Source: an uncultured Acetatifactor sp. (GTDB taxonomy: Bacteria; Bacillota; Clostridia; Lachnospirales; Lachnospiraceae). Taken from it: 64,000 nt of DNA. Below, one piece after another: positions 1-9,646 of this stretch; position 1 is the first letter of the stretch, and each line of letters opens with the position of its first letter. A program made the position numbers and the translations under genes. The DNA is taken from assembly GCA_910588225.1 (NCBI GenBank), contig CAJUQT010000010.1, positions 29,224 through 93,223 of the forward strand, written 5' to 3'. The notes under the pieces are model-generated. The model was not told the DNA's origin. It did no database searches and was given only the letters and a program-made list of their open reading frames with translations.

Positions 1-968
1 ATTACCTGCCCCTGCAGGTCAAAGAGGACACCGCTGGCGTTCTGGCTGCCGCTGATATCGGTCTGAATCAACTTATAATTTCTGTCCGACATGGACAATG
101 TGGTATTAGACGATGTGACGATACCATACCCGACGGAATTGCTGGTTCCCATAGGACTTCCCACCGCCACCACAGGAGTTCCCACCAGATTCCTGGCACC
201 CGAATAGCCGAACTGGGCTATGGGAAGCTGTTCCTCACTCTTCATCTCCTCGGACAGCGAATCCAGCGCTACCGACAGCACTGCCAGACTGGTAGCACTG
301 TTGTATTGTTTCAGCCGGGCCTCCACCTGAGAATCATCATAGAAAGTCACCAACAGCTTCGCCCCGAGCATCATATTGGAGTAATCAGTCAGAATCAACA
401 GCTCCAGCCCATTCTCAGAAACGATGACGCCCGAGCACTGATTTCTGCTTTCCTGCACGTCGTTCAGCCAGTCGATATTAGATGTCACGGCCGTAACTGT
501 CACGATATAATTGCTTAATTCCTCCGCATAGACGGAGAGGGCGGCATACATTTCTTTATAATGCTTCAAATCCAAAGTCACCTGAGACAGAATCTCCTGC
601 ACCTGTTCTTCCCCCAGAATTACCCTGCCTTCTTCCGGGTCTTGTACTGGTTCCTGGGTAGGCGTCGGCTCAGGCGTGGGTTCCGGACTTTCCGTTGGAA
701 GATTCTCCGCAAGCATTTCCTCCGGTGACATTTCTTCCTTGTCCTCCGGAAATCTGACCGTCTGCGTCTCCGGTTCTTTCGTCGGATAAAGCCAGTTGCT
801 GATTACCGGCTCCAGAACCAGAAAAGTGACGCATGCAACTAGACCGAATATAATTGCCATGGAAATGGTAATTATTGTTCTCCGGATCAGTTTCTTCTTA
901 TTTACAGGCTTCACCTTAATTTTCTCAGTGATAAAATCATTCTGATTGTTTTGTTTTAAATCAGACAT
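1..968 (-). CDS. Membrane-anchored HtrA/S1C trypsin-like protein, 3' end truncated by the window edge; catalytic triad looks degenerate
   Basis: Not in the ORF track; translated by hand. ATG at 968 with AGGAGG RBS. MSDLKQNNQNDFITEKIK, then an N-terminal TM segment, then trypsin-like motifs CSGVIVSENG.ELLILT, LAVLSV, LGSPMG and LIQTDISGSQNASGVLFDLQGQV. Open to the window edge. Confidence 0.75.
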   Translation of the reverse strand, partial: MSDLKQNNQNDFITEKIKVKPVNKKKLIRRTIITISMAIIFGLVACVTFLVLEPVISNWLYPTKEPETQTVRFPEDKEEMSPEEMLAENLPTESPEPTPEPTPTQEPVQDPEEGRVILGEEQVQEILSQVTLDLKHYKEMYAALSVYAEELSNYIVTVTAVTSNIDWLNDVQESRNQCSGVIVSENGLELLILTDYSNMMLGAKLLVTFYDDSQVEARLKQYNSATSLAVLSVALDSLSEEMKSEEQLPIAQFGYSGARNLVGTPVVAVGSPMGTSNSVGYGIVTSSNTTLSMSDRNYKLIQTDISGSQNASGVLFDLQGQV

Positions 969-1054
969 TTTGCCTCCTGATATTGTTCTGCTGTTAATCT
1001 ATCTATGCCTTCCTTACAGTATACAAAAACCCATTGTAAAAGTAAAGACAGGAA

Positions 1055-2248
1055 TCAGCACTGCGTGTCAGCCTTCTTCTCCTTTTTACACATCCATATT
1101 CCAAAGATCAGAAACAAAGGAAAAAATACTGCCGCCAGAATCCCTTTCTTCAAATCTTCATCAAAGCAGCTGGACACCATTCCCACCACAGTAGGACCGC
1201 CGGAACAGCCCAGATCCCCGGCCAATGCCATCATGGCAAATAACGCGGTACTCCCCTTTCTTATAGACGCCGCAGCCTTGCTGAAGGTTCCCGGCCACAT
1301 GATACCCACAGACAGTCCACATACGGCACAGCCTATCAGACCGATGACCGGATTAGGTATAAAGGAAATACACAGATAAGAAATCACACACAATATGCTG
1401 CTTCCTGTCATAAATCTGTCCAGATTGATTTTCTCTCCATATTTTCCATAGAAAACCCTTGCGCTTCCCATCAAAATGGCAAAGGCCATAGGCCCGGCCA
1501 GATCGCCCACTATCTTGCTGACTCCAAGCCCCTTTTCCGCAAAAGTAGAAGCCCACTGACTCACCGACTGCTCACTTGCCCCGGCGCACATCATCATCAA
1601 CATGAATATCCAGAAAATCTTCATTCTCACAAGTTCTTTTATGGAAAGTCCTTTTTCTCCTTCTTCAATAAGAGACGCAATGGGTACGCGTGCAAACAGG
1701 AAAGTATTTATCAGCGGAATCAACGCCCAGATACATGCCAACACCTTCCAGTTCTCAATTCCAAATATTTTGAAAAATACTGTGGATACCAATACCACTG
1801 CAACATGCCCCCAGCAGTAAAAAGAATGCAGAAGGCTCATGGTCTGCTCCTTATGATCCGAAGGACAGGCTTCCACCACAGGACTTACCAGTACTTCCAG
1901 CAGTCCTCCGCCGATGGCATAGAGGATAACCGCAATCAGAATTCCGGCAAAAGGATTTCCCAGCAGCTCTGGCAGCACCGCCAATAGTATCAGTCCTGAC
2001 GCCGCAAAGAGATGGGCGATTATCATGGATGCTCTATAACCAATCCTGTCCACAAATCCCACAGATATCAGATCCACCAGAAGCTGCAGACCAAAGTTAA
2101 TGGTCACCAGCATGGTAATTTGAGACAAAGGAATTCCATAGGTATCCTGAAACGTCAAAAACAACAAAGGAACAAAATTATTGACAATAGCCTGTACAAT
2201 ATATCCTATGAAGCAGGCATAAATTGTTTTTTGATACTTATTTTTCAT
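1055..2248 (-). CDS. MFS transporter (probable sugar permease)
   Basis: 397 aa with about 12 hydrophobic segments and an MFS loop motif (FVDRIGYR). Confidence 0.85.
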   Translation of the reverse strand: MKNKYQKTIYACFIGYIVQAIVNNFVPLLFLTFQDTYGIPLSQITMLVTINFGLQLLVDLISVGFVDRIGYRASMIIAHLFAASGLILLAVLPELLGNPFAGILIAVILYAIGGGLLEVLVSPVVEACPSDHKEQTMSLLHSFYCWGHVAVVLVSTVFFKIFGIENWKVLACIWALIPLINTFLFARVPIASLIEEGEKGLSIKELVRMKIFWIFMLMMMCAGASEQSVSQWASTFAEKGLGVSKIVGDLAGPMAFAILMGSARVFYGKYGEKINLDRFMTGSSILCVISYLCISFIPNPVIGLIGCAVCGLSVGIMWPGTFSKAAASIRKGSTALFAMMALAGDLGCSGGPTVVGMVSSCFDEDLKKGILAAVFFPLFLIFGIWMCKKEKKADTQC

Positions 2249-2298
2249 TTCCAGCCTCCCAATCTGAAATTGCTTTTAAATACCTGAATCCACATTCA

Positions 2299-3234
2299 TC
2301 ATGGCAGCAAATCTTTCTGCCATTGTACCTTCTTCACTCTTTTATATAAAGCCTTAATTTCTTCTCCAGTGGCCAGCAATTCCGAATATGCGCTGGCGCT
2401 TCCGGCGGCAAGCCCCATGGAAAAAGCATAGCCATAATCCTTCCGCTCTGTCCATCCTGCAAGAAATCCTGCTACCATGGAATCTCCGGCTCCCACACTG
2501 TTTATCAACCTGCCCTCCGGCGCCGGTGCGGAATAGAATTTTCCGTCTTCCGCCGCCAGGACAGCCCCTTCTCCGGCCATGGACACCAGCACATTCAGAG
2601 CTCCCATTTCCCGGAGTCTCTCCGCATAAGGCATTGCTTCCTCCCGGCTCCGCAGCCTGATCCCGAAAATATCCCCAAGTTCATGATGATTAGGCTTCAC
2701 CAGAAACGGATGATACTTCAGCACATTCAGCAGCAGCTTCTTCTCTGCATCTACCACAGCCATCATTTTCCGTCCTTCCAGCCCTGCCAGAATTCGCTCA
2801 TATAGATCATCCGGAAGAGAGCCGGGAATACTGCCTGCCAGCACAAGTACATCCCCGGCCTGCAACGCACTCAGCTTCTCTGTCAAACATGTGACTTCCC
2901 TGTCGCTCACATCCGGTCCCCGGCCGTTGATTTCCGTGCCCTCTGCGGATTTCAGTTTCAGATTAATCCTGGATATTCCTCTCTTCAAAAAAATGAAATC
3001 CGTTTTCAAACCTGTTTCCTCCACCCGGCGGACAATCTCTTCTCCCGTAAATCCGGCTGCAAACCCCAGAGCAACATTCTCCACTCCCAGGTTATTCAGC
3101 ACTGTGGAGACATTGATCCCTTTCCCTCCAGGAAGAATTTGCTCGAAATCTGTTCGATTTGTCATTCCCTGTTTAAAGTTTTCTACTGAAACAATGTAAT
3201 CCAGGGAAGGATTGCATGTGACCGTATAAATCAT
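2299..3234 (-). CDS. PfkB-family sugar-phosphate kinase, 1-phosphofructokinase/LacC type
   Basis: MIYTVTCNPSLD, PGGKGINVS, KPNHHEL and the PfkB signature NSVGAGDSMVAGF. Confidence 0.88.
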   Translation of the reverse strand: MIYTVTCNPSLDYIVSVENFKQGMTNRTDFEQILPGGKGINVSTVLNNLGVENVALGFAAGFTGEEIVRRVEETGLKTDFIFLKRGISRINLKLKSAEGTEINGRGPDVSDREVTCLTEKLSALQAGDVLVLAGSIPGSLPDDLYERILAGLEGRKMMAVVDAEKKLLLNVLKYHPFLVKPNHHELGDIFGIRLRSREEAMPYAERLREMGALNVLVSMAGEGAVLAAEDGKFYSAPAPEGRLINSVGAGDSMVAGFLAGWTERKDYGYAFSMGLAAGSASAYSELLATGEEIKALYKRVKKVQWQKDLLP

Positions 3235-3402
3235 TTTCTTCTCCTGTCAATCCTGTATCTCTCATATTTTATATGTAAATTGACACCATGTTTTCCAGTA
3301 TAGCATTTTTTTCCTGTAAATGCTATCCAGATTTTCGTATCTTTTTTATAAAAAGAATGTAACAACTCGGTGCCCTGTCCGAACGATTTCGAACAAAATT
3401 CA

Positions 3403-3436
3403 GGGAGGTTATGACTCATACAAATCACAACCTCCC
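3403..3436 (-). terminator. Stem-loop after the GH140 gene, probable terminator of the isomerase-to-GH140 operon
   Basis: GGGAGGTT-A-TGA ... TCA-C-AACCTCCC inverted repeat about 50 bp downstream of the GH140 stop. The U-tract is weak. Confidence 0.5.
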
Positions 3437-3487
3437 CGTCTTTATCTATGTTGATAAGCCTGGCAGCTCCATTTCACTGTTGACAGT

Positions 3488-4846
3488 TTAACCTTCTGCC
3501 AGTAGTACAAGCACCACGTCCGTACCATCTTCTCTCTCAGGCGGATTAAACGTCGCCTCTTCTCCGGTCACCATGCTTACGTAAGTGTACATTCCCGTCA
3601 CAGGGTCCATCCAGTAAGCCTGCAGTTTCCTGCCTCCATAGGCTTTCAGGGACAGAGCAATCGGTCTCCCTGTCACTGTGTAGGCAAGCAGAAAGTCATC
3701 GCCGGCCAGGACACTGATGTAGTCATATTTTTCGCCCTGTTCACTCAGCAGGTATTCCTGTGCGGGATGTCCCTTTTCAAAGCCCACCCGTTCACACAGC
3801 TTCTTCAGATGAACCATCTGTGCTCCGCCCGGATGATGAATGGCTTCCGACCAGAGATATTTCGCACCATATGCCCCTTCCCTGGAAGCATCCTTATAAA
3901 ACTGCATGATGGAATTATGGCCATACACATGCCCGGCCGCCCCGGCAAACACACTCCAGTAAGCATACCTTCTCACATCCGCAGCTTTCCAGTAAGGCTG
4001 GGAATTATCATGCAGTCCCTGCCGAATCCACTCATAGGAAGGTTCTCCGTCCAGCACAGGTCTGACGGGGCTCTTCTCCAGATCCCGCTTCACATATTTC
4101 CAGCTGTCCTCGCCGAACCATTCTTCCTTCGCCGTATTGTCATCCCACTTCTGCATGCTGACCTGGTCATAACGCCTGTGGCCGGACTGGAACAGGTTAA
4201 AGTCCAGCCAGTCCTCCTCATGAAACCAGAGGGAAGAACTGGTTCTGCCAAAAGGATGATACGTTACCAGACGATCCGGATTGTCTTCTTTCATGCGCTT
4301 TCCCATGTGTCGGAACACTTCAATAGCCACATCTCCCCGCACATCTCCTCCCACAACCCAAATGATATTCGGAAAATCATGATATCTGTTCAGCACAAAA
4401 TCCATATAGGCATCCACATTTTCCATATTCATGCGGCCGCTTTTTACCACACTGCTGCCCCACACAGGAAGAATTCCCATGTAAAGTCCCAGCTCGCGCG
4501 CCATTTCCATCACCGCGTCCACATGGGTCCAAAAGCTTCCTTCCGTATTCGGTCTGGCAGGATCTTCTTCTGTCAGCGCGCTGTCCCCGGCCAGATTCTT
4601 CTGGTCCACGGTATGGATAAAATCCGCCAGAATTACATTATAGCCCAGATCCTTCCGGTTCCTGAGATACACATAGCTCTCTTCCAGAGTCAGCTGGTGA
4701 AATAACAGCCAGGCCGTATCGCCCAGCAGAAAGAAAGGTTCCTCGCCGCAGCAAAAATGTCTGCCGTCCTCTGCTACCTTCAAAAGCCCTTTTTCCCAGG
4801 GAGCCTTTGCTTTTAATTCTGTTTTCATGTATACTTTTGTCTCCAA
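3488..4846 (-). CDS. Glycoside hydrolase family 140 (DUF4038, apiosidase-like) with a C-terminal collagen-binding-like domain
   Basis: Motifs FFLLGDTAWLL, GYNVI, WVVGGD, TYHP, FNLFQSGH and DGEPSYEWIRQGLHD resemble GH140 endo-apiosidases. No signal peptide. ATG at 4828 is an alternative start. Confidence 0.8.
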   Translation of the reverse strand: METKVYMKTELKAKAPWEKGLLKVAEDGRHFCCGEEPFFLLGDTAWLLFHQLTLEESYVYLRNRKDLGYNVILADFIHTVDQKNLAGDSALTEEDPARPNTEGSFWTHVDAVMEMARELGLYMGILPVWGSSVVKSGRMNMENVDAYMDFVLNRYHDFPNIIWVVGGDVRGDVAIEVFRHMGKRMKEDNPDRLVTYHPFGRTSSSLWFHEEDWLDFNLFQSGHRRYDQVSMQKWDDNTAKEEWFGEDSWKYVKRDLEKSPVRPVLDGEPSYEWIRQGLHDNSQPYWKAADVRRYAYWSVFAGAAGHVYGHNSIMQFYKDASREGAYGAKYLWSEAIHHPGGAQMVHLKKLCERVGFEKGHPAQEYLLSEQGEKYDYISVLAGDDFLLAYTVTGRPIALSLKAYGGRKLQAYWMDPVTGMYTYVSMVTGEEATFNPPEREDGTDVVLVLLAEG

Positions 4847-4878
4847 TCTCTATAAATTATATTTTCTGGCCACCCAAA

Positions 4879-6336
4879 TTAAAAAGTCATGGACACCGCC
4901 TTTTTCCAGGCAGCATACTTTGCCGCTCTGTTCTCCTCCGACATCTCAGGCGCATACGTCCTGTATTCCATCCGGGAGAACAGGCTTTCCCGGCGGTAAA
5001 TGCCTGCGGTAAGTCCGGCCAGATAAGCCGCCCCTATGGCGGATAGTTCCTCCTGTCCTGCGGCGCTTACCCTCACATTCGCAAGGTCGCTCTGCATCTG
5101 CATCAGATATTGATTCTTCGTAGGGCCTCCGTCTGTGCGAAGCTCCTGCAGCCCACAGCCGCTGTCCTGCTCCATAGCCTTCAGCACATCCGTCACCTGA
5201 AAAGCAATGCTGTCCAGGGCTGCCCGGACAATTTCCGCCCGCCCCGTGGTACGGCTCATTTCCGCAAGCACTGCCTTCGCATCACCTTTCCAGTAAGGAG
5301 CCGACAGTCCTGTGAAGGCAGGCACCAGAATACAGGTATCCGCAGGGTTCGCCTGCAATGCTAATTTTTCCGTCTCCCCGGGAGAGGAAATCAGACCTAC
5401 ATCCTCCTTTAACCAGGTAATCACAGCCCCTGTATAATTGATATTTCCCTCCAGCACATAGGTAGCTTTTCCATCTATTCCCCAGGCAAGGGAGGCAGCC
5501 AGACCATTTTTGCTCTGTACAAAGCTTTCTCCGATATTCATCATCACCGAAGAACCGGTTCCGTAAGTGGCCTTCACCATACCGCTTTCATGACAACCCT
5601 GTCCAAACAACGCCCCATGGGAATCCCCCAACATGGACAGAATCGGAATTTCTTTCTCCAGAAAGCCTTCAAAATCCGTGGTCCCGAAGCAGCTGTTGCT
5701 GTCACAGACCTCCGGCAGAGCCTCCATAGGAACGCCGAACAATGTGCAGAGCTCTGAATCCCAGGTAAGGGTACGTAAATTGAAAAGCTGGGTGCGGGAC
5801 GCATTGGAATAGTCTGTTTTATATAAATGATTTTTCGTCAACTTAAAAAGCAGCCAACTATCCACAGTACCGAAATGCAGCTTTGTATCCCCTGAAAGTC
5901 CTGAAACCACATTTTCCATCAGCCAGGCCATCTTCGCTGCAGGGAAATAGGCTGACAGAGGAATTCCTGACCTTTCATAGACAGTCTCTCCATTGTCTTT
6001 CAGCCGCTCCACAACCGTTTCTGCTCGGTTACACTGCCACACGACAGCGTGATTCAAAGGACGGCCCTGCTCATCCCACAGTACGGTAGTCTCTCGCTGA
6101 TTGCTGATACCCACGGCCGCCAGCTGTTCTTTTGGGACAGCCGCTCCTTCCACCGCCATTTTCACTGCTCGGATAACATTCCGGTATATTTCCTCCGGAT
6201 CATGAGAGACCCAGCCCTTTTCATTGACAATCTGTCTGTGAGGCACATCGGCCCGATATACGATTGCTCCGTCCCCGTCAAACAGCATGGCTTTGGTTCC
6301 CTGAGTACTCTGGTCGATTCCAATGATATATTTCAT
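4879..6336 (-). CDS. FGGY-family carbohydrate kinase (glycerol-kinase-like; candidate apulose kinase)
   Basis: IGIDQSTQGTK, ISNQRETT, TDYSNASRTQLFN, GDSHGALFGQ, KATYGTGS, DGGPTKN. Confidence 0.85.
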   Translation of the reverse strand: MKYIIGIDQSTQGTKAMLFDGDGAIVYRADVPHRQIVNEKGWVSHDPEEIYRNVIRAVKMAVEGAAVPKEQLAAVGISNQRETTVLWDEQGRPLNHAVVWQCNRAETVVERLKDNGETVYERSGIPLSAYFPAAKMAWLMENVVSGLSGDTKLHFGTVDSWLLFKLTKNHLYKTDYSNASRTQLFNLRTLTWDSELCTLFGVPMEALPEVCDSNSCFGTTDFEGFLEKEIPILSMLGDSHGALFGQGCHESGMVKATYGTGSSVMMNIGESFVQSKNGLAASLAWGIDGKATYVLEGNINYTGAVITWLKEDVGLISSPGETEKLALQANPADTCILVPAFTGLSAPYWKGDAKAVLAEMSRTTGRAEIVRAALDSIAFQVTDVLKAMEQDSGCGLQELRTDGGPTKNQYLMQMQSDLANVRVSAAGQEELSAIGAAYLAGLTAGIYRRESLFSRMEYRTYAPEMSEENRAAKYAAWKKAVSMTF

Positions 6337-6374
6337 AAATCAGCCCTCCTGCAGAGCCCTTCGGCTCCGTTTGT

Positions 6375-7319
6375 TCATAACCTGTCTGACACTGTCAGAG
6401 CCTTCTGTACTGTCCGGGCAATTCCTTCCGCATCCAGTCCGTAATGGGCGAAAATTTCCCTGTTATTTCCCCCAATCATATGTCCGTCCGGCAGGGCCAG
6501 ATTCATCACACGTCTGGGGCAATGGGCGGATATCACCTGCGCTGTAATGCTTCCCAGTCCCCCGAAAGGAGAATGCTCTTCCACCGTCACCACCAGCTTT
6601 GCTTTCTCTGCCGCCGCCAGAAGAGTCTCTTCATCTATGGGCTTCACGCAGTACATATCAAGCATCCCCACACTGTAACCCTTTTCCCGCAGGAGCTTTC
6701 CCGCTTCATAAGCATTGGGCACCATCTCACCGCAGGCCACCAGCAGAATGTCTTCCCCCTCCATCAGCACATTTGCTTTATTCAGGGTAAATTCCATCTT
6801 TTCATCGTATACATCTTCAGTGGCAGATCTGCTGACCCGCACATAAGCCGGCAGTTCATCCTGCAGAAGTGCCTGCATCAGCTTCTCTGTCTGAAAGCGG
6901 TCGCTTGGCAGATACACTCTCATGTCCGGCAGGGCGGCAAAGGCCGCAATATCCTGACAGGAATGATGGGTCATCCCCAACGCTCCGTAACTGACGCCTC
7001 CACTGATACCGATTAAGGTCACGTTCGTTTTGGAATAAGCCACATCCACCTTCGCCTGCTCATAGCTTCTGGTGGAGAGAAAGCAGGCCGGGGAGGCGGC
7101 GAATACCTTTTTCCCGCAGGAAGCCAGCCCTGCGGACACTGTGACCAGATTCTGTTCCGCAATCCCCATCTCCACGAACTGTCGGGGAAATTTATCCGCA
7201 AAAGCAGACAGGGAAGCGGATCCTCTGGAATCGGAGCAGACTACCACAATATCCCGGTCCTGTTCCGCCGCCTTTAACAGGGTATCACATATCACCTGAC
7301 GGTTGGTTATCTTATTCAT
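6375..7319 (-). CDS. Transketolase, C-terminal (pyrimidine-binding) subunit
   Basis: FVEMGIAEQNLV, YGALGMTHH, VTVEEHSPFGGLGS. Overlaps the N-subunit stop codon. Confidence 0.9.
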   Translation of the reverse strand: MNKITNRQVICDTLLKAAEQDRDIVVVCSDSRGSASLSAFADKFPRQFVEMGIAEQNLVTVSAGLASCGKKVFAASPACFLSTRSYEQAKVDVAYSKTNVTLIGISGGVSYGALGMTHHSCQDIAAFAALPDMRVYLPSDRFQTEKLMQALLQDELPAYVRVSRSATEDVYDEKMEFTLNKANVLMEGEDILLVACGEMVPNAYEAGKLLREKGYSVGMLDMYCVKPIDEETLLAAAEKAKLVVTVEEHSPFGGLGSITAQVISAHCPRRVMNLALPDGHMIGGNNREIFAHYGLDAEGIARTVQKALTVSDRL

Positions 7320-8134
7320 GCCAGCACCTCCTCCAGCTCCCGTACTGCTGTTTTATACTGTTCCTCTGTCATCACGCCATGATGCCAGCTCTTGTTGTCT
7401 TCCATGAAGGAAACTCCTTTGCCCTTCACCGTATGCGCGATCACAGCAGTGGGGCGTCCCTTTACCTCTGCGGCCTGCTCATAGGCCTCCAGAAGCTGCC
7501 CGCAGTCATTGCCATCCTCCACGGTAATCACATGCCAGCCGAAAGCTCTGAATTTCTCCCCCATATCGTCACTGCACATTACTTCTTTTGTGCTGCCGCT
7601 GATCTGCAGGCGATTTAAATCCACAGTCGCACACAGGTTATCCAGTTTATAATGAGCCGCGGCCATCATAGCTTCATAATTAGAGCCTTCCGCCATCTCT
7701 CCGTCTCCCAGCACCACATAGGTCCGATATTCCCTGCCGTCCATCTTCGCCGCCAGCGCGGTTCCCACACCCAGCGCCAGACCATGGCCCAGAGAGCCTG
7801 AATTCATCTCGATGCCCGGCACATCGGTATTTGGATGTCCAATAAATCTTGAACCATAAGCGCTGAAGGTATTGATCGCTTCCTGTTTGTCGAAAAATCC
7901 TTTCTCCCCAAGCACTATATATAACGCATCCGCACAGTGCCCCTTACTCAAGAAGAAACGATCTCTGTCCGAAGAATTCCAGTTCTCCGGGGACACCTTC
8001 ATCACCTTAAAATACAGTACTGTCAGAATATCCATCACACTCAGATCTCCGCCCACATGGCCTGCGGCGGAACGATATACTTCCTCAATTACATCCCTCC
8101 GCAATCCGTAAGCTTTCCTTGTCAATTCATCCAT
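7316..8134 (-). CDS. Transketolase, N-terminal (TPP-binding) subunit
   Basis: GHVGGDLS, LSKGH, SGSLGHGL and the TPP motif GDGEMAEG...N. Start moved to ATG 8134 (AGGAAAGG RBS) from the ORF-track start at 8212. Confidence 0.9.
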   Translation of the reverse strand: MDELTRKAYGLRRDVIEEVYRSAAGHVGGDLSVMDILTVLYFKVMKVSPENWNSSDRDRFFLSKGHCADALYIVLGEKGFFDKQEAINTFSAYGSRFIGHPNTDVPGIEMNSGSLGHGLALGVGTALAAKMDGREYRTYVVLGDGEMAEGSNYEAMMAAAHYKLDNLCATVDLNRLQISGSTKEVMCSDDMGEKFRAFGWHVITVEDGNDCGQLLEAYEQAAEVKGRPTAVIAHTVKGKGVSFMEDNKSWHHGVMTEEQYKTAVRELEEVLA

Positions 8135-8199
8135 ATTTTTTCCTTTCCTGCAATCTGCCTGACTATTGCCTTCTTGTCGGAACATTCTCCCACAATTCC

Positions 8200-9606
8200 T
8201 TAGTACCCACACACTTTACCCTTCACTTCATCCTCATTATCATCATACAGGTCAGGTTTCACCCCTATGTATTTGCAGGCTTCGTACAGTACAGGCACCA
8301 CATCCTTATGGATTCCTACACAGTGATGGATATAGGGTCCTTCCACAATCTTCGTCTCCAGGCGTTTCCAGTTCTTCACTTCCACCCACACATAAGTACC
8401 CTTTGTATAAGGTCCGTCCACACCTGCGGCATTGCCCAGAAGCATAGAATATTCCCCATTGTCTCCGTCGAATCGGCACAGAGTCATCTCCCCGTGCTTT
8501 GCCTCCGCTTCCACTGCTCCGGGATGAGAGAACGCCAGAGGATATCCGATGGTTGGCTTACAGGAGGCACAGGACAGCGGCCAGGGACCACAGTGCTGCA
8601 GCAGTTCTCCATTCTCATTGTCCGGATGACGCACAGTCCAGTCTGCGAAGAAGCTTCTGGCCTCGTCCATGCCTGCTGCCTCTGCCAGAACGGCGGTTAT
8701 GGCTCCGTGAATATCCGTCTCACATACCACCGGCAGTCCTTCCTCGTTCAGGAGACTGTTGGCAGCACAGGGCATAATGCCGATTTCTCCCTGGAGAGCA
8801 TTCCAGCACTGAATCGCCGCCGCATTACAGCCGTATTGATCCGCCAGATTCCGCATTGCCACCTTCAATGCCGCAACGGTCTCCAGCTCCTCATCCTTAA
8901 TCGCAATATTGAAATGCTCTCTGCAGTAGGCAACTGTCTCCGCCACCTTTGTTCCTTCTGCTTTCGCCTTTTCTATCTCATCTTTCAATTCCGGCATGGG
9001 AATAGGAGACAGCTGAATATTGAATTTCTCCAGCAGTTCGCCTTCATTACACATGGTAGACCAGAAGTCAAATGGCCTGGGCCCAATCTGCAGGATTCTG
9101 GTGCTGCGGAAGGTTTTCACAACATTACAGACTGCCAGGAAGTTGCGGATGCCCTTCTCGAATTCCACATCCTCCAGTCTGCAGTTGCACAGATAAGTAA
9201 ACGGCACACCGAATCGTCTCAATACCTTACCGGTAGCAAACAGTCCGCACTGACTGTCTCTGAGACGCACGCCATTCTCATCCGGCCTCTCATCTCTGGG
9301 TCCCCAGAGCAATACCGGCACATTCAACTCCTTCGCAAGCCTTGCCACTTCATATTCCGTACCGAAATTCCCATGCGGAAAAAACAGTCCGTCCACCTTC
9401 TGCTCCCGGAACTTCTCCGCAATCCGGATTCTGTCTCCGTCATCGTGAAGCAGTCCGTCCTCAGCGATATCTGTGATATCCACAAAAGATACTCCCATGC
9501 TTTTCAGCTTCTCTCTGGTCAGATTCGCATATTTTACCGCGTCCGGAGCAGAGAAAATACTTCTTCTGGTCGGTGCATAACCCAATACAATTTTCGCCAT
9601 ATTCAT
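8200..9606 (-). CDS. L-fucose/L-arabinose isomerase-family protein
   Basis: NFGTE, LLWG, RDSQCG, AIQCW, CETDIHGA, HCGPWP and a C-terminal HH. GGAGGT RBS. Confidence 0.8.
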   Translation of the reverse strand: MNMAKIVLGYAPTRRSIFSAPDAVKYANLTREKLKSMGVSFVDITDIAEDGLLHDDGDRIRIAEKFREQKVDGLFFPHGNFGTEYEVARLAKELNVPVLLWGPRDERPDENGVRLRDSQCGLFATGKVLRRFGVPFTYLCNCRLEDVEFEKGIRNFLAVCNVVKTFRSTRILQIGPRPFDFWSTMCNEGELLEKFNIQLSPIPMPELKDEIEKAKAEGTKVAETVAYCREHFNIAIKDEELETVAALKVAMRNLADQYGCNAAAIQCWNALQGEIGIMPCAANSLLNEEGLPVVCETDIHGAITAVLAEAAGMDEARSFFADWTVRHPDNENGELLQHCGPWPLSCASCKPTIGYPLAFSHPGAVEAEAKHGEMTLCRFDGDNGEYSMLLGNAAGVDGPYTKGTYVWVEVKNWKRLETKIVEGPYIHHCVGIHKDVVPVLYEACKYIGVKPDLYDDNEDEVKGKVCGY

Positions 9607-9646
9607 ACCTCCATCGAATTATATATTATTAATACGGAATACTTTC

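Noticed and set aside
3767-4705. 312-aa plus-strand ORF, and similar antisense ORFs such as 17879-18784, 20317-21183 and 32930-33658
   Set aside because: All fully overlap well-supported genes on the opposite strand and have no protein-family motifs.
4879-6336. Calling the FGGY kinase glpK
   Set aside because: It is glycerol-kinase-like, but there is no glpF/glpD context and it is linked to a split transketolase and GH140, so no symbol was assigned.
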